This document shows positions 11,181-23,490 of a DNA stretch of 34,642 bases, in pieces. Position 1 is the first letter of the stretch; every line of letters begins with the position of its first letter. Under the pieces are notes generated by a model that was given only the letters and a program-made list of their open reading frames with translations, had not been told where the DNA came from and did no database searches. The stretch covers positions 12,817,765-12,852,406 of the forward strand of contig NC_057720.1 of the NCBI RefSeq assembly GCF_004010195.1, written 5' to 3'. The DNA is from Chiloscyllium plagiosum. Its lineage: Eukaryota. The position numbers were made by a program, and so were the translations under genes.

Positions 11181-11404
11181 ACATTTCATCATATTCATTG
11201 GTAGGACCTGGATGTGGCTGGGTGAGTATCTATTGCCTGATCCTAGTTGCCTTTGAGAAGATGGTGGTGAGACGCCTTCTTGAACTGCTGCAGTCTATGT
11301 GCTGTAGGTACTAAGGTGGAAGAACTTGTAATGTTGATTAGCTCATCTCCTGGTCAAATATATCCCCGAGACTAGGAGGGTAAGGAGACTTGATGGTGCA
11401 TGCA

Positions 11405-11825
11405 TTATTGACATTGTCCTGAATATTGGAGATGGGATGTCATGTTGTGGCTGTAGGGGAAATTGGTTAGGCAGCTTTTGGCATACTGCAATCAACTCTG
11501 GTCTCCCTGATATGGGAAAGATATTGTTAAACTTGAAAGCTGCAGAAAAGATTTACAAGGATGCTGCCAGGGTTGGAGGATTTGAGCTAAAGAAGGAAAT
11601 TGAATATGCTGGGGCTGTTTTCCTTGGAGCATCAGAGACTGAGAGGTGACCTTGAAGAGGTTTAGAAAATCATGAGGGGTGAATAGCAAAGGTCTTTTTC
11701 CCAGGGTAGAGGAGTCCAGAACTTGAGGGCATAGAGTTAAGGTAAGTGAGGAAAGATTTAAAAGGGACCCAAGGGGCAACATATTCACACAGAGGGAGGA
11801 GCATGTATGGAATGAGATGAAACAG
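11405..11825 (+). mobile_element. CR1 3' fragment
   Basis: gaaaagatttacaaggatgctgccagggttggagg...agggacccaaggggcaac. Confidence 0.8.
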
Positions 11826-12135
11826 ATGTACAGAATGAAACCCAACCCATCGGTCCAATTCGTGACCCCTCTACCTCTAAACCCTTCCTATTCATATACT
11901 CATCCAGATGCCTTTTAAATGTATAATTGCATCAGCCTCCACCACTCACTCTGCCACCTCATTTCAGACACGCAGCGCTCTCTGTGTGAAAAAGTTGTCC
12001 CTTAAGTCCCTTGTATATCTTTCCCCTCTCACCCTAAACCTATGCCCACTAATTTTGGACTCCCTCAACTGAGGAAAAAAAGCTTTGCTATTCAACCTAT
12101 CCTAGTCCTTGATGAATTTATAAACCTCGAGAAGG
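11826..12135 (-). mobile_element. CR1 3' fragment, tail-to-tail with the previous one
   Basis: ctctaaacccttcctattcat...ctcaccctaaacctatgccc. Confidence 0.8.
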
Positions 12136-12227
12136 TCAAGACGATACAACAACGTCTCTTCTTCTTCAGGTGACTCAGGAAATTCGACATGTCCATAAGG
12201 ACCCTTATCAACTTCTACAGATGCACC
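12136..12227 (+). mobile_element. Rex1/Babar-type LINE fragment
   Basis: QQRLFFFR*LRKFDMSIRTLINFYRCT-like peptide. Confidence 0.55.
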
Positions 12228-13554
12228 AGGGAGAACTAGCCATTTGGATATAGAATTGGCTTGAAGGTAGCAGACAGTGGGTGGTGGTGGAGAGTTGCTT
12301 TGCAGACTGGAGGCCAGTGGAGAGCCACAAGGATCGGTGCTGGGTCCACTACTTTTCATCATTTATATAAGTGATTTGGATGTGAATAGGAGGTATAGTT
12401 GATGACACCAAAATTGGATGTGTAGTGGACAGCAAAGAAGGTTACTTCAGATTATAACAGGATTTTAGACATAACCAGGAGTATTCGGGTATAATCTTTG
12501 TACTGGTATCACGGGGCTTTGCTGGAGATCTTATGTGAAAATCTCAGGGGATTTGGGGGAATGGCTAATGGCTTAATGTGACACAGCAGTCTTGGTACAT
12601 TTCATTAGAACCATGATGTGGAGGTGCCAGTGTTGGACTGGGGTGGACGATGCTAAAAATCACACAACTCCAGAATTTATAGCAAAAGATCTGAACAGCA
12701 ATCTAGGTATTTTCAATACATCACATCAGTTGGGCCAAAGGGCTGAGGAGTGGCAAACAGAGTTTAATTTAGAAAAAACGTGAGCTGCTACATTTTGAAA
12801 AAGCAAATCAAAGCAGGATTTATACACTTAATGGTAAGGTCCTGCAGAGTGTTGCTGAACAGAGACGTTGGTGTGCAGGATCATAGTTATTTGAAAATAG
12901 AGTCGCAGGTAGATAGGATAGTGAAGAAGGCGTTTGGTATGCTTTCCTTTATTGGTCAGCGCATTGAGTACAGGGGTTGGGAGGTCATGTTGCAGGTGTA
13001 CAGGACATTGGTTAGGCCACTGTTAGAATATTGTGCGCAATTCTGGTCTCCTTCCTATTGGAAAGATGTTGTGAAACTTGAAAGGGTTCAGAAAAGATTT
13101 ACAAGCATGTTGCCAGGGTTGGAGGATTTGTGCTTTCTAGGAGAGGTTGAGCAGGCTGGGATGTTTTCCCTGGAGTGTCGGAGGCTGAGAGGTGACCCTA
13201 TAGAGGTTTATGACATCATGAAGGGCATGGGTATTCATTTCCCAGCGGTGGGGGATTCCAGAAGTCGAGTGTTTAGGTTTAGGGTTAGAAGGAAAAGATA
13301 TAAAAGGGACCTAAGGGGCAACTTTTTCACACAGAGGGTGGTGCATGTATGGAATGAGCTGCCAGAGAAATTGGTGGAGGCTGGTATAACTACAGCATTT
13401 AAAAGGCATTTGGATGGGTGGATGAATAGGAAGGGTTTAAAGTGATATGGGCCAATTGCTGGCAATGGGACTAGATTAGGTTAGGCTGATCGTTGTGGAC
13501 GAGTTGGACAGTAAGGTCTGTTTCCGTGCTGTACATCTCTATGACTGTATGACT
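12226..13554 (+). mobile_element. CR1 LINE, interrupted by a templated insertion at 12462-12732
   Basis: 221-aa ORF 12780-13445 is the ORF2 C-terminus (LVRPLLEYCAQFWSP, FFTQRVVHVWNELP). PQGSVLGP region near 12325. Confidence 0.9.
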
Positions 13555-15460
13555 CCACGACAACAGGCCCAGTTGAACCAATCTCTCTTCATAGGACAGT
13601 CCTGCCATCCCAGGTACCAGCCCACTGAACATCCACTGCACTCTCTCCACAGTCCATCCTTTATTAGGTAACGGGTCTAAAACTGCACACAATGTTCAAG
13701 ATACGGTTTCACCAAGTCCTGTATAACTGCAGTTAGTCATCTCTGTTTCACTACTCAAATCCTCTTGCAATGAAGGCCAACATACCACTTCCTAATTGCT
13801 TGCTACAGCAGCCTGGATCCCTTAGTACATTCACACATCCATACAGTTCATTTGTTTTTGGCAATGACATGTAGAATTTCATATTTAACCACATTGTAAA
13901 ATGTAGCCTGCAGTCTGCCTTGTGTGAGCAAATACACAGACACACAAATACGCACCCACAGATATGCACACACATAGGCACACACACAAAAACATAGACA
14001 TGCACACAAACAAAAACATACACAGACACACCTTTTACACACATAAACACGGACATGCAAACACGGACACATACACACACACATAAACATAGTCACACAC
14101 AAACAAATGTGCACCCACAGATATACACACACACAGAGACAAAAACATAGATATGCACACAAACAAAACATGCACAGACACACACACACACACACACACA
14201 AACATAGCCAGTTAGATTAAAGCAAACCCACAATCCCATGGACCATTGCCATGATGATGTGGCATGCCTTGGGATGCTCCAAACAGAAATGTAAAGAATT
14301 TTTTAAACTCTTCAACATAACTCTGGTTGGTTCTGTGACCAAAATGAATAATTTACATAGAATTCCTAAAGTGTGGAAGCAGGCCATTTGGCCCATTGAG
14401 TCCACGCTGACCCTCTGAAGGGGCATCCCATCCAGACCCACCACTGCCCCATAACGTTGCATTCCCCATGATCAGTTCACCTAGCCTGTCCATCTCTGGA
14501 CATTATGAACAATTTAGCATGACCAATCCACCTAACCTGCACATCTTTGGGCTGTGGGAGGAAACCAGAGCACCCAGAGGAAATACACAAACACAGGGAG
14601 AATGTGCAAACTCCACACAGACTGCTGCCCAAGGATGGAAATGAACCTGGGGTCCCTGGTGCTGTAACCACCAAGCGACCATGATTCCATTAATGCTTTC
14701 GAAACCTTTGGATCCAAGCAATCTCTTCACTTACCAGCTGTCTTTCCATCTGGAAACAAAACAAATAATTTAATTCCCTTGCTGGAACAATTATAGAGTC
14801 ATGACTCTACCAGAAAATGCCACAATGGCTCATTCACTGTTCACCGTCCTCACTATCTGACCTTCTTGAACATAATAAACTCAGGCTTGATTGACTTGTG
14901 TTTACAGTGAGTCTATTATTACCAGTTTCTTATTATGTTTTCCATTTATTTACATTTTAAAAAATTTAATGTTACATTTCTGAAACATAGACATTGTGAA
15001 ATGTAGTTGCAGCCCTGAGTTGTGGATTTGACTTGATTCGGGAAAGCTGAGCAGGGAGAGTGTGACCCAGAAGTTCCATTCCAAGATGCTAGGCTGCTCT
15101 GGGAAGTAGACCAAAAGATCCCAGGTTAAATGTAGAAATTAGTGAGGGAAGACACAGGCCTGAGACTGCCAATTTGTTGAAGCTTTTAAAACAGCAGTAA
15201 AACAAAAATAAGTCCATCCAGCCCTCACTCCTCAAATACACTGGCCCCACCCCCCACCTATTCCTCTGCTACATCGATGACTGTATCGGCGCCTCCTCGT
15301 GCTCCGACGAGGAGGTTGAACAGTTCATCCACTTCACCAACACCTTCCACCCCGACCTCAAATTCACCTGGACAGTCTCAGATTCCTCCCTCCCCTTCCT
15401 CGACCTTTCTATTTCTATCTCAGGCGACCGAATCAACACGGACATCTACGACAAACCGAC

Positions 15461-16233
15461 NNNNNNNNNNNNNNNNNNNNNNNNNNNNNNNNNNNNNNNN
15501 NNNNNNNNNNNNNNNNNNNNNNNNNNNNNNNNNNNNNNNNNNNNNNNNNNNNNNNNNNNNNNNNNNNNNNNNNNNNNNNNNNNNNNNNNNNNNNNNNNNN
15601 NNNNNNNNNNNNNNNNNNNNNNNNNNNNNNNNNNNNNNNNNNNNNNNNNNNNNNNNNNNNNNNNNNNNNNNNNNNNNNNNNNNNNNNNNNNNNNNNNNNN
15701 NNNNNNNNNNNNNNNNNNNNNNNNNNNNNNNNNNNNNNNNNNNNNNNNNNNNNNNNNNNNNNNNNNNNNNNNNNNNNNNNNNNNNNNNNNNNNNNNNNNN
15801 NNNNNNNNNNNNNNNNNNNNNNNNNNNNNNNNNNNNNNNNNNNNNNNNNNNNNNNNNNNNNNNNNNNNNNNNNNNNNNNNNNNNNNNNNNNNNNNNNNNN
15901 NNNNNNNNNNNNNNNNNNNNNNNNNNNNNNNNNNNNNNNNNNNNNNNNNNNNNNNNNNNNNNNNNNNNNNNNNNNNNNNNNNNNNNNNNNNNNNNNNNNN
16001 NNNNNNNNNNNNNNNNNNNNNNNNNNNNNNNNNNNNNNNNNNNNNNNNNNNNNNNNNNNNNNNNNNNNNNNNNNNNNNNNNNNNNNNNNNNNNNNNNNNN
16101 NNNNNNNNNNNNNNNNNNNNNNNNNNNNNNNNNNNNNNNNNNNNNNNNNNNNNNNNNNNNNNNNNNNNNNNNNNNNNNNNNNNNNNNNNNNNNNNNNNNN
16201 NNNNNNNNNNNNNNNNNNNNNNNNNNNNNNNNN
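15461..16233. other. Assembly gap
   Basis: Run of N inside a Penelope element. Confidence 1.
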
Positions 16234-16315
16234 TCCACCTATTGCATTTCCGACGCCCCTCCCCCAAGTCCCTCCTCCCTACCTTTTATCTTAGCCTGCT
16301 GGACATACTTTTCTC

Positions 16316-16351
16316 ATTCCTGAAGAAGGGCTTATGCCTGAAACGTCGATT
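16316..16351 (+). ncRNA. Minimal type I hammerhead ribozyme motif in Penelope pLTR
   Basis: attc CTGAAGA a GGGC ttat GCCT GAAAC GTC gatt: core boxes, helix II (one G-U pair), palindromic ACGT helix III and GUC cleavage triplet. Confidence 0.65.
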
Positions 16352-17532
16352 CTCCTGTTCCCTGGATGCTGCCTGACCTGCTGCGCTTTTCCAACAACAC
16401 ATTTTCAGCTCTGATGTCCAGCATCTGCAGACCTCACTTTCTCCTCAAATACATTCACCCACCAGACACTCTCCATATTCCATCCCGTGCATTCTTAAGC
16501 TCTCCATGGTCCCTCATGCCCTCCCATGCCAACCTGAGGACCTCAGCCCACCCAATGGTACTCCATAGCTCCTGTGCCAATTGAGTGCCAACTCAAGTCA
16601 ACCAGCTACATTATGCACTTAAAGAAACAAAATTATTTCTCAAGATTTGAGAGAATCCACCATACCGTGGCTTTATGTTCTGTCAAAAATGAAGCAAAGA
16701 TATTACAATCATGAATCGATTCATCAGCACCTGAAAGGGCATATTCAAAGGAATATTCTTTCACAATGTGTCAGTGGTGAAGTCAATGACTTATGGCATT
16801 ATTGCAAGATTATTAATCCAGAGACCTTGGTAAGGTTCTGTGTTGGAGTCCCAACATATCAGATGGTGAAACCGGAATTCGATGCAAATCTTGATTTAAG
16901 AGTCAAAAGATGACCATAAAAACATTGTCGGCCAAAATCTTCTGGTCGCCAAATGCCATTTAGGGAAGGAAACTGCTGCCCTTACCTGGTTTAGGTAGTC
17001 ATGGCCAGACCAGCTCAGCAGCTGATGATTGGTGCCACCCAGGAGCAAATGAATCAGAGAGGCAACTGGGAGACATGCTGAATCAGGAGCGGTGGGGAGC
17101 AGGAGCTAAGTTGGAAGAGTAGGTTTTTCAGAGTTGTGTTGCTGAAGATTTTTGATCCAGTTAACATTTCTGATCCAGTCATGCTGATACATCTGCTTTT
17201 GTTGCACTTTCAGTGTTCCCAGTGATATGGAAGGTACGACTTAAATACAAATTCTACTTTTGCAAGGCAACATGCAAATGCTGACCTGAAATATATGTGT
17301 ATTTGGAGCTGCAAAGGAGGCATTGGACTGATCGAGATTTCAAGTAATTTCAAACAATCATAAATTAGGTCTGGGTTTGATGCTATGATTCAAAATACCC
17401 ACCCATTGCAGAAGCTAATAGGGGCCTGAATGACATGGGCTATGGTCACAAAGACATAGAGATGTATAGCATGTCCAACCCATCCATGCCGACCAGATAT
17501 CCCAACCCAATCTAGGCCCATCTGCCAGCAGC

Positions 17533-18763
17533 CTGGGGGTGGTACCAGAGGACAGGAGAGTGGCGAATGTTGTGCCCTTGTTCAAAAAAGGGAATAGGGA
17601 TAACCCCGGGAATTACAGGCCAGTTAGTCTTACTTCGGTGGTAGGCAAAGTAATGGAAAGGGTATTGAGGGATAGGATTTATGAGTATCTGGAAAGACAC
17701 TGCTTGAATAGGGACAGCCAGCACGGATTTGTGAGGGGTAGGTCTTGCCTTACAAGTCTTATTGAATTCTTTGAGGAGGTGACCAAGCATGTGGATGAGG
17801 GGAGAGCAGTGGATATAGTGTACATGGATTTTAGTAAGGCATTTGATGAAGTTCCCCACGGTAGGCTTATGTGGAAAGTCATGAGGCATGGGATAGTGGG
17901 AAATTTGGCCAGTTGGACAGAGAACTGGCTAACCGGTCAAAGTCAGAAAGTGGTAGTAGATGGTAAATATTCAGCCTGGAGCCCAGTTACAAGTGGAGTT
18001 CCGCAGGGATCAGTTCTGGGTCCTCTGTTGTTTGTAATTTTTATTAATGACTTGGAAGAGGGAGTCGAAGGGTGGGTCAGTAAATTTGCAGATGATACGA
18101 AGATTGGTGGAGTTGTGGATAGTGAGGAGGGCTGTTGTCAGCTGCAAAGGGACTTAGATATGATGCAGAGCTGGGCTGAGGAGTGGCAGATGGAGTTCAA
18201 CCCTGCCAAGTGTGAGGTTGTCCATTTTGGAAAAACAAATAAGAATGCAGAATACAGGGTTAACGGTAGGGTTCCACCTTAGTAAGGTGGAGGAGCAGAG
18301 GGATCTTGGGGGTCTAAGTTCATAGATCTTTGAAAGTTGCCACGCAGGTGGATANNNNNNNNNNNNNNNNNNNNNNNNNNNNNNNNNNNNNNNNNNNNNN
18401 NNNNNNNNNNNNNNNNGAAGGATGAGGGGTGACTTGATCGAGGTTTATAAGATGATCAGAGGAATAGGTAGAGTAGACAGTCAGAAACTTTTTCCCCGGG
18501 TACAACAGAGTGTTACAAGGGGACATAAATTTAAGGTGAAGGGTGGAAGGTATAGGGGAGATGTCAGGGGTGGGTTCTTTACCCAGAGAGTGGTGGGGGC
18601 ATGGAATGCACTGCCTGTGGGAGTGGCAGAGTCAGAATCATTGGTGACCTTTAAGCGGCAATTGGATAGGTACATGGATGGGTGCTTAAGCTAGGACAAA
18701 TGTTCGGCACAACATCGTGGGCCGAAGGGCCAGTTCTGTGCTGTATTGTTCTAGGTTCTATAT
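17533..18763 (+). mobile_element. Young 5'-truncated CR1 LINE with open RT segment
   Basis: 247-aa ORF 17539-18282 with NYRPVSLTS, QHGF, YMDFSKAFD, GVPQGSVLGP and FADD; 3' tail ttctaggttcta. Confidence 0.93.
18355..18416. other. Assembly gap
   Basis: Run of N inside a young CR1. Confidence 1.
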
Positions 18764-20730
18764 TCACCCGGCCCATATTCCTCCAAACCTTTCCTATTCA
18801 TATACCCATGCAAATGCCCCTTAAATGTTGCAATTGTACCAGCCTCCACCACATGTTCTGGCAGCTCATTCTATACATGTATCACCCTCTGCATGAAAAA
18901 GTTGCCCCTTAGGTCTCTTTTATATCTTTTCCCTCTCACCCTAAACCTATGCCCTCTAGATCTGGACTCCTCCACCCCCGGGAAAAGACTTTGTCTATTT
19001 ATCCTATCCATGTCCCTCATAATTTTGTAAACATCTATAAGGTCACCCCTCAACCTCCAACGCTCCAGGGAAAACAGCCCCAGCCTGTTCAGCCTCTCCC
19101 TGTAGTTCAGATCCTCCAATCCTAGCAACATCCTGGTAGATCTTTTCTGAACCCTTTCAAGTTTCACAACATCTTTCCAATAGGAAGGAGACCAGAATTG
19201 CACACAATATTTCGACAGTGGCCTAACCAACTTCCTGTACAGCCGCAACATGACTGCCCAGCTCCTGCACTCAATACTCTGACCAATAAAGGAAAGCATC
19301 CCAAATGCCTTCTTCACTATCCTATCTACCTGCGACTCCACTTTCAAGGAGCTATGAACCTGAACTTTGTTCAGCAACACTCTGTAGGATCTTACCATTA
19401 AGTGTATAAGTCCTCCTCTGATTTGCTATTCCAAAATGCAGCACCTCGCATTTATGTGAATTAAGCTCCATCTGCCACCTCTCAGCCCAATGGCCCATCT
19501 GATCATGAGCCCATTGTAATCTGAGGTAACATTCTTCGCTGTCCACTACATCACCACCCTTCTTAAACAGTGGCACCACGTTTGCAAACCTCCAGTCTTC
19601 TGCCACCTCACCTGTGAGTCTCGCTGATACAAATATCTCAGCAAGGTGCCCAGCAACCGTTTCCTTAGCTTCCCACAGAGTTCTCAGATACATCTGATCA
19701 GGTCCTGGGGATTTATCCACTTTTATGCATTTCAAGACATCCAGCACTTCCTCCTCTGTAATATGGACATTTTTCAAGATGTCACCATGTATTTCCCCTC
19801 ATTTTATATCTTCCATGTCCTTCTCCACAGTAAACACTAATGCAAAATACTTGGTTAGTATCTCCCCCATCTGCTGCGGCCCCATATATAGGCTGCCTTG
19901 CTGATCTTTGAGAGGCCCTATTTTCTCTCTAGTTACTATTTTGTACTTAATGTATTTATAAAATCCCTTTGGATTCTCCTTAACCCGATTTGCTAAAGCA
20001 ATCTCCTGCCCCCTTTTTGCCCTCTTGATTTCCCTCTTAAGCATACTCCTACTGCCTTTCTACTTTTTTAAGGATTCACTCGATCTATCCTGTCTATACC
20101 TGACATATGCTTCCTTCTTTTTCTTAACCAAAACCTCAACTTCTTTAGTCATCCAGCATTCCCTATACCTACCAGCTTTCCCTTTCACCCTGACGGGAAT
20201 ATGCTGTCTCTGGACACTCGTTATCTCATTTCTGAAGGCTTCCCATTTTCCAGATGACCCTTTACCTCCGAACATCTGTCCCCAGTTAGCTTTTGAAAGT
20301 TTTTGCCTAATAATCTCCGGCCCCAAAGGCCAATGTTCTGTAGTTTCTGGGGTACTCAGGGACATCGACCCAGCTCATGGTCAAGACACCATCTTGAGCT
20401 GGTTTGCTTGTTCTCATTGCACTCACTCACTACCTGAATGACCACAGCGTTCCTGCCTTGCCCTTTTGCAACTACTCCCCAGCCAGAGATACCATCCTCA
20501 CACTGCAGCTGTATCGTGTTACCCTTTAACACAGAAACAAATCCAGGACATTTTATGGTTATCATCAGCAATCCTCAGTGCAGGGAGATACCTTTGGTTA
20601 GGATGCCCAGGCAAGCCTCAGATACCAGTCTGGGGGTTTGGATAGAGTCAATCAATCAGTCAGTGCACTGACCCAGGTGGCAACGTCAGACCAGGCTGGG
20701 CAGGGTCTGGGGAAACGGCCTCGAGTGTTG

Positions 20731-20951
20731 TCTAGATTAGAGTGGTGCTGGAAAAGCACAGCAGGTTAGGCAGCATCCGAAGAGCAGGAAAATCGACGTT
20801 TCGGGCAAAAGCCCTTCATTCTTGATGAGGGGCTTTTGCCCGAAGCTTCGATTTTCCTGCCCCTCGGATGCTGCCTGACCTGCTGTGCTTTTCCAGCACC
20901 ACTCTAATCTAGACTCTGGTTTCCAGCATCTGCAGTCCTTGTTTTTACCGA
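20731..20951. mobile_element. Fold-back Penelope pLTR pair, right-arm specific
   Basis: ~88-bp inverted arms (20731-20818 / 20825-20913). 14-bp TSD at 20717-20730 and 20952-20965; each copy is one mismatch from the left-arm empty site. Confidence 0.85.
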
Positions 20952-21099
20952 GGCCTTGACTGTTGGTCCTGGGAGAAAGAGGATGTCCCACCTCAACACC
21001 AACTCATCCACTAGGATCTCCAAAACCCTGACCACAAAGTTGGTGCAAATTTTCCCATATTTGCCATGTCCAGAGCAAATACCATGAACCTTAGGAAGG

Positions 21100-21435
21100 T
21101 GACAACATGGTGGTATTATTGCTCGGACGTTAACTCTAATGTTCTGGGGACCTGGGTTCGAATCCAGCCATGGCAGATGGTAGTGTCCGAATTCAATTAA
21201 AATCTGGAATTAGGAGTCTAATGGTGACCATTAATCCATTGTCAATGGTCAGAAAAAAACCATCTGATTCATTATTGCCCTGTAGGGAATGAAACTGCCA
21301 TCCTTCTCTAGTCTGGCCTACATGTTACTCCAGACCCACAGCGATGTGGTTGACTCTTAGCTGCCCTCTGGGAAATTAGGGATGGGGAATAAGTACTGGC
21401 CTGGCCAGTGATGTCCAATCCCATGAATGAATTTT
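21100..21435 (+). mobile_element. tRNA-derived SINE (mirror of 3238-3922)
   Basis: ggggacctgggttcgaatcc box B; tail cccatgaatgaat. Confidence 0.7.
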
Positions 21436-22113
21436 TAAAAACTTTGCAGAGAAACTGCAAACTGATTGGACAGGTCTGTGTGCACCATGGCATCAGTAGC
21501 GGGGATGCCCATAAACTCTAGGATGTCCCTGCAGTCGCGTGTTGTTCTGAGGTAGAATGGGACGGGGAGACTGGTGAGAAGAACCCCATGGGGTGGGGTC
21601 GATGGTTAATGAACTAAGTTTGGTAAGGCCTCGTGGTGAGAAACACTCTGACAAACTCAACAAAATGAACACAGCAAAAATAAAAGAAACATTCTGTCCA
21701 CAGTGTGAGCATCTGCTTATCGACCTGCTCAAAGACACTATCTGGAGCAGATGGCAGTTGTACCTGAGCCTCCTGGATCAGAGGTATGGACACTATTACT
21801 ATGTCACAAGAACGCATTCAACCTAGAGTGTACACTGGAGATAGAACAGGAGGGAAGGTAACCAAAGACAAAATAACCAGACAGATCCATCTAATGTGCA
21901 ATGAAGGTTTAATATTGAATACAGCTAGCAATAGTCAAATTGCAATACATGGTAACTTCTCAGCTTTGTGCTACTTGTTTGTGTGACAAGCTTAATATGG
22001 AATCAAAACAGAAAGTACCAGAGAAACCCAGCAGTTACCTGTGGAGAGAGAAACACAGCTAATATTTCAAATCTAACACAACTTCTTCAGAAGTGAAGAA
22101 AGATATAATCAAG

Positions 22114-23490
22114 ACATGATCTGTATGGACTTCAGTAAGGTGCCCAATAAGGGAGACTTGTTAGCAAGTTTAGATCTCATGAGATACAGGGAGAGCTAGC
22201 CATTTGGATACAAAACTGGCTCGAAGGTGGAAGACAGAGGGTGGTGGTGATGGGGTTGCCTTACCGAATGGAAGCCTGTGACAAGGGGTGTGCCACAAGG
22301 ATCGGTGCTAGTCCACTGCTTTTTGTCATTTATATAAATGATTTGGATGTGAACATAGAAGCGACAGCCAGTACATTTGCAGATGACACCAACTTTGGAG
22401 ATGCAGTGAAAAATGAAGAAGGTTACCACAGAGTACAATGGGACCTTGATCAGTTGGACCAATGGACCAAGGAGTGGCAGATGGAGTTTAATTTAGATAA
22501 ATGTGAGGTGTTGCATTTTGGAAAGGCAAATCAGAGCAGGACTTATACACTTAATGGTAAGGTCCTGGGGAGTGTTGCCGAACAAAGAGACCTTGGTGTA
22601 CAGCTTCATAGTCCCTTGACAGTGGACTCGCAGGTGGATAAGATAGTGAAGAAGGCATTTGGTATGCTTTCCTTTATTGGTCAGAGCATTGAGAATTTGG
22701 GTTGGGAGGTCATGTTGTGGCTGTACAGGACATTATTCCAAAACTGACCTAGTCAATGTGTACAATTCTGGTCTATCTCCTATCGAAAAGATATTGTGAA
22801 ACCTGAAAGGGTTCAGAAAAGATTTACAAGGATGCTGCCAGGGTTGGACTGATTTAGAGATGCCAGGGTTGGACTGGGGTGGACAAAGTTAAATATCACA
22901 CACCAGGTTATAGTCCAACAGGTTTAATTGAAAGCACATTAGCTTTCAGAGCACTGCTCCCTGAAGGAACGGTGCTCCAAAAGCTGGTGTGCTTCCAATT
23001 AAACCTGGTGTGTGATTTTTAACTTAGCCAGGGTTGGAGGATTTGAGCTATAGGGAGAGGCTGAATAGGCTGGGGCTGTTTTCCCTGGAGCGATGGAGGC
23101 TGAGGGTGACCTTATAGAGGGTTATAAAATCATGATGGGCAATGGATAGTGAGAAGAGGTATGGTCTTTTCCCTTGGGTGGGGGAGTCCAGAACTAGAGG
23201 GCATAGGTTTAGGGTGAGAGGGGAAAGATTTGAAAAGGATGTAAGGGGCAGCTTTTTCACGCAGAGGGTAGTACGTGTGTGGAATGAGTTGCCAGAGGAA
23301 GTGGTGGAGGCTGGTACAATTCCAGTATTTAAAAGGCATCTGCATGTGTATATGAGTCGGAAGGGTTTAGAGGGATATGGGTCAAGTGCTGGCAAATGGG
23401 AACAGATTAGGTTAGGATATCTGGTCAGAATGGACGAGTTGGACATAACGGTCTATTTGTGTGCTGTTTGTCTCTGTGACTGTATGACTC
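22114..23490 (+). mobile_element. CR1 LINE (mirror of 1363-2557)
   Basis: ORFs with FADDT, KCEVLHFGK and FFTQRVVRVWNELP. Confidence 0.9.
22849..23026. mobile_element. Fold-back Penelope pLTR fragment (second family), right-arm specific
   Basis: Inverted halves around ~22960. 12-bp TSD gccagggttgga at 22837-22848 and 23027-23038; empty site at ~1811-1823. Confidence 0.8.

Larger units (their letters stand above)
15241..16440 (+). mobile_element. Penelope-like element (RT fragment to pLTR), right-arm specific
   Basis: Hand translation from 15240 gives TGPTPHLFLCYIDDCIG...HPDLKFTW...LPFLDL...TDIYDKPT (YIDD at 15270-15281). Exact 13-bp TSD ctcctcaaataca at 15228-15240 and 16441-16453. The middle is a gap. 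Confidence 0.9.
17455..20315 (-). mobile_element. CR1 LINE with internal deletion, interrupted near its tail by a younger CR1
   Basis: KENPKGFYKYIK and DKSPGPD peptides. NVVPLFKKGG joins directly to DVVDSEE, so the RT core is deleted at ~19553. The tail is split at ~17530/18765. Confidence 0.85.

Noticed and set aside
15277..16323. Long ORFs of 272-348 aa
   Set aside because: Mostly N-gap; the real coding remnant is a Penelope RT in another frame.
17539..18282. 247-aa RT ORF as a host or domesticated gene
   Set aside because: 5'-truncated CR1 copy with a downstream frameshift or stop and a normal CR1 tail.
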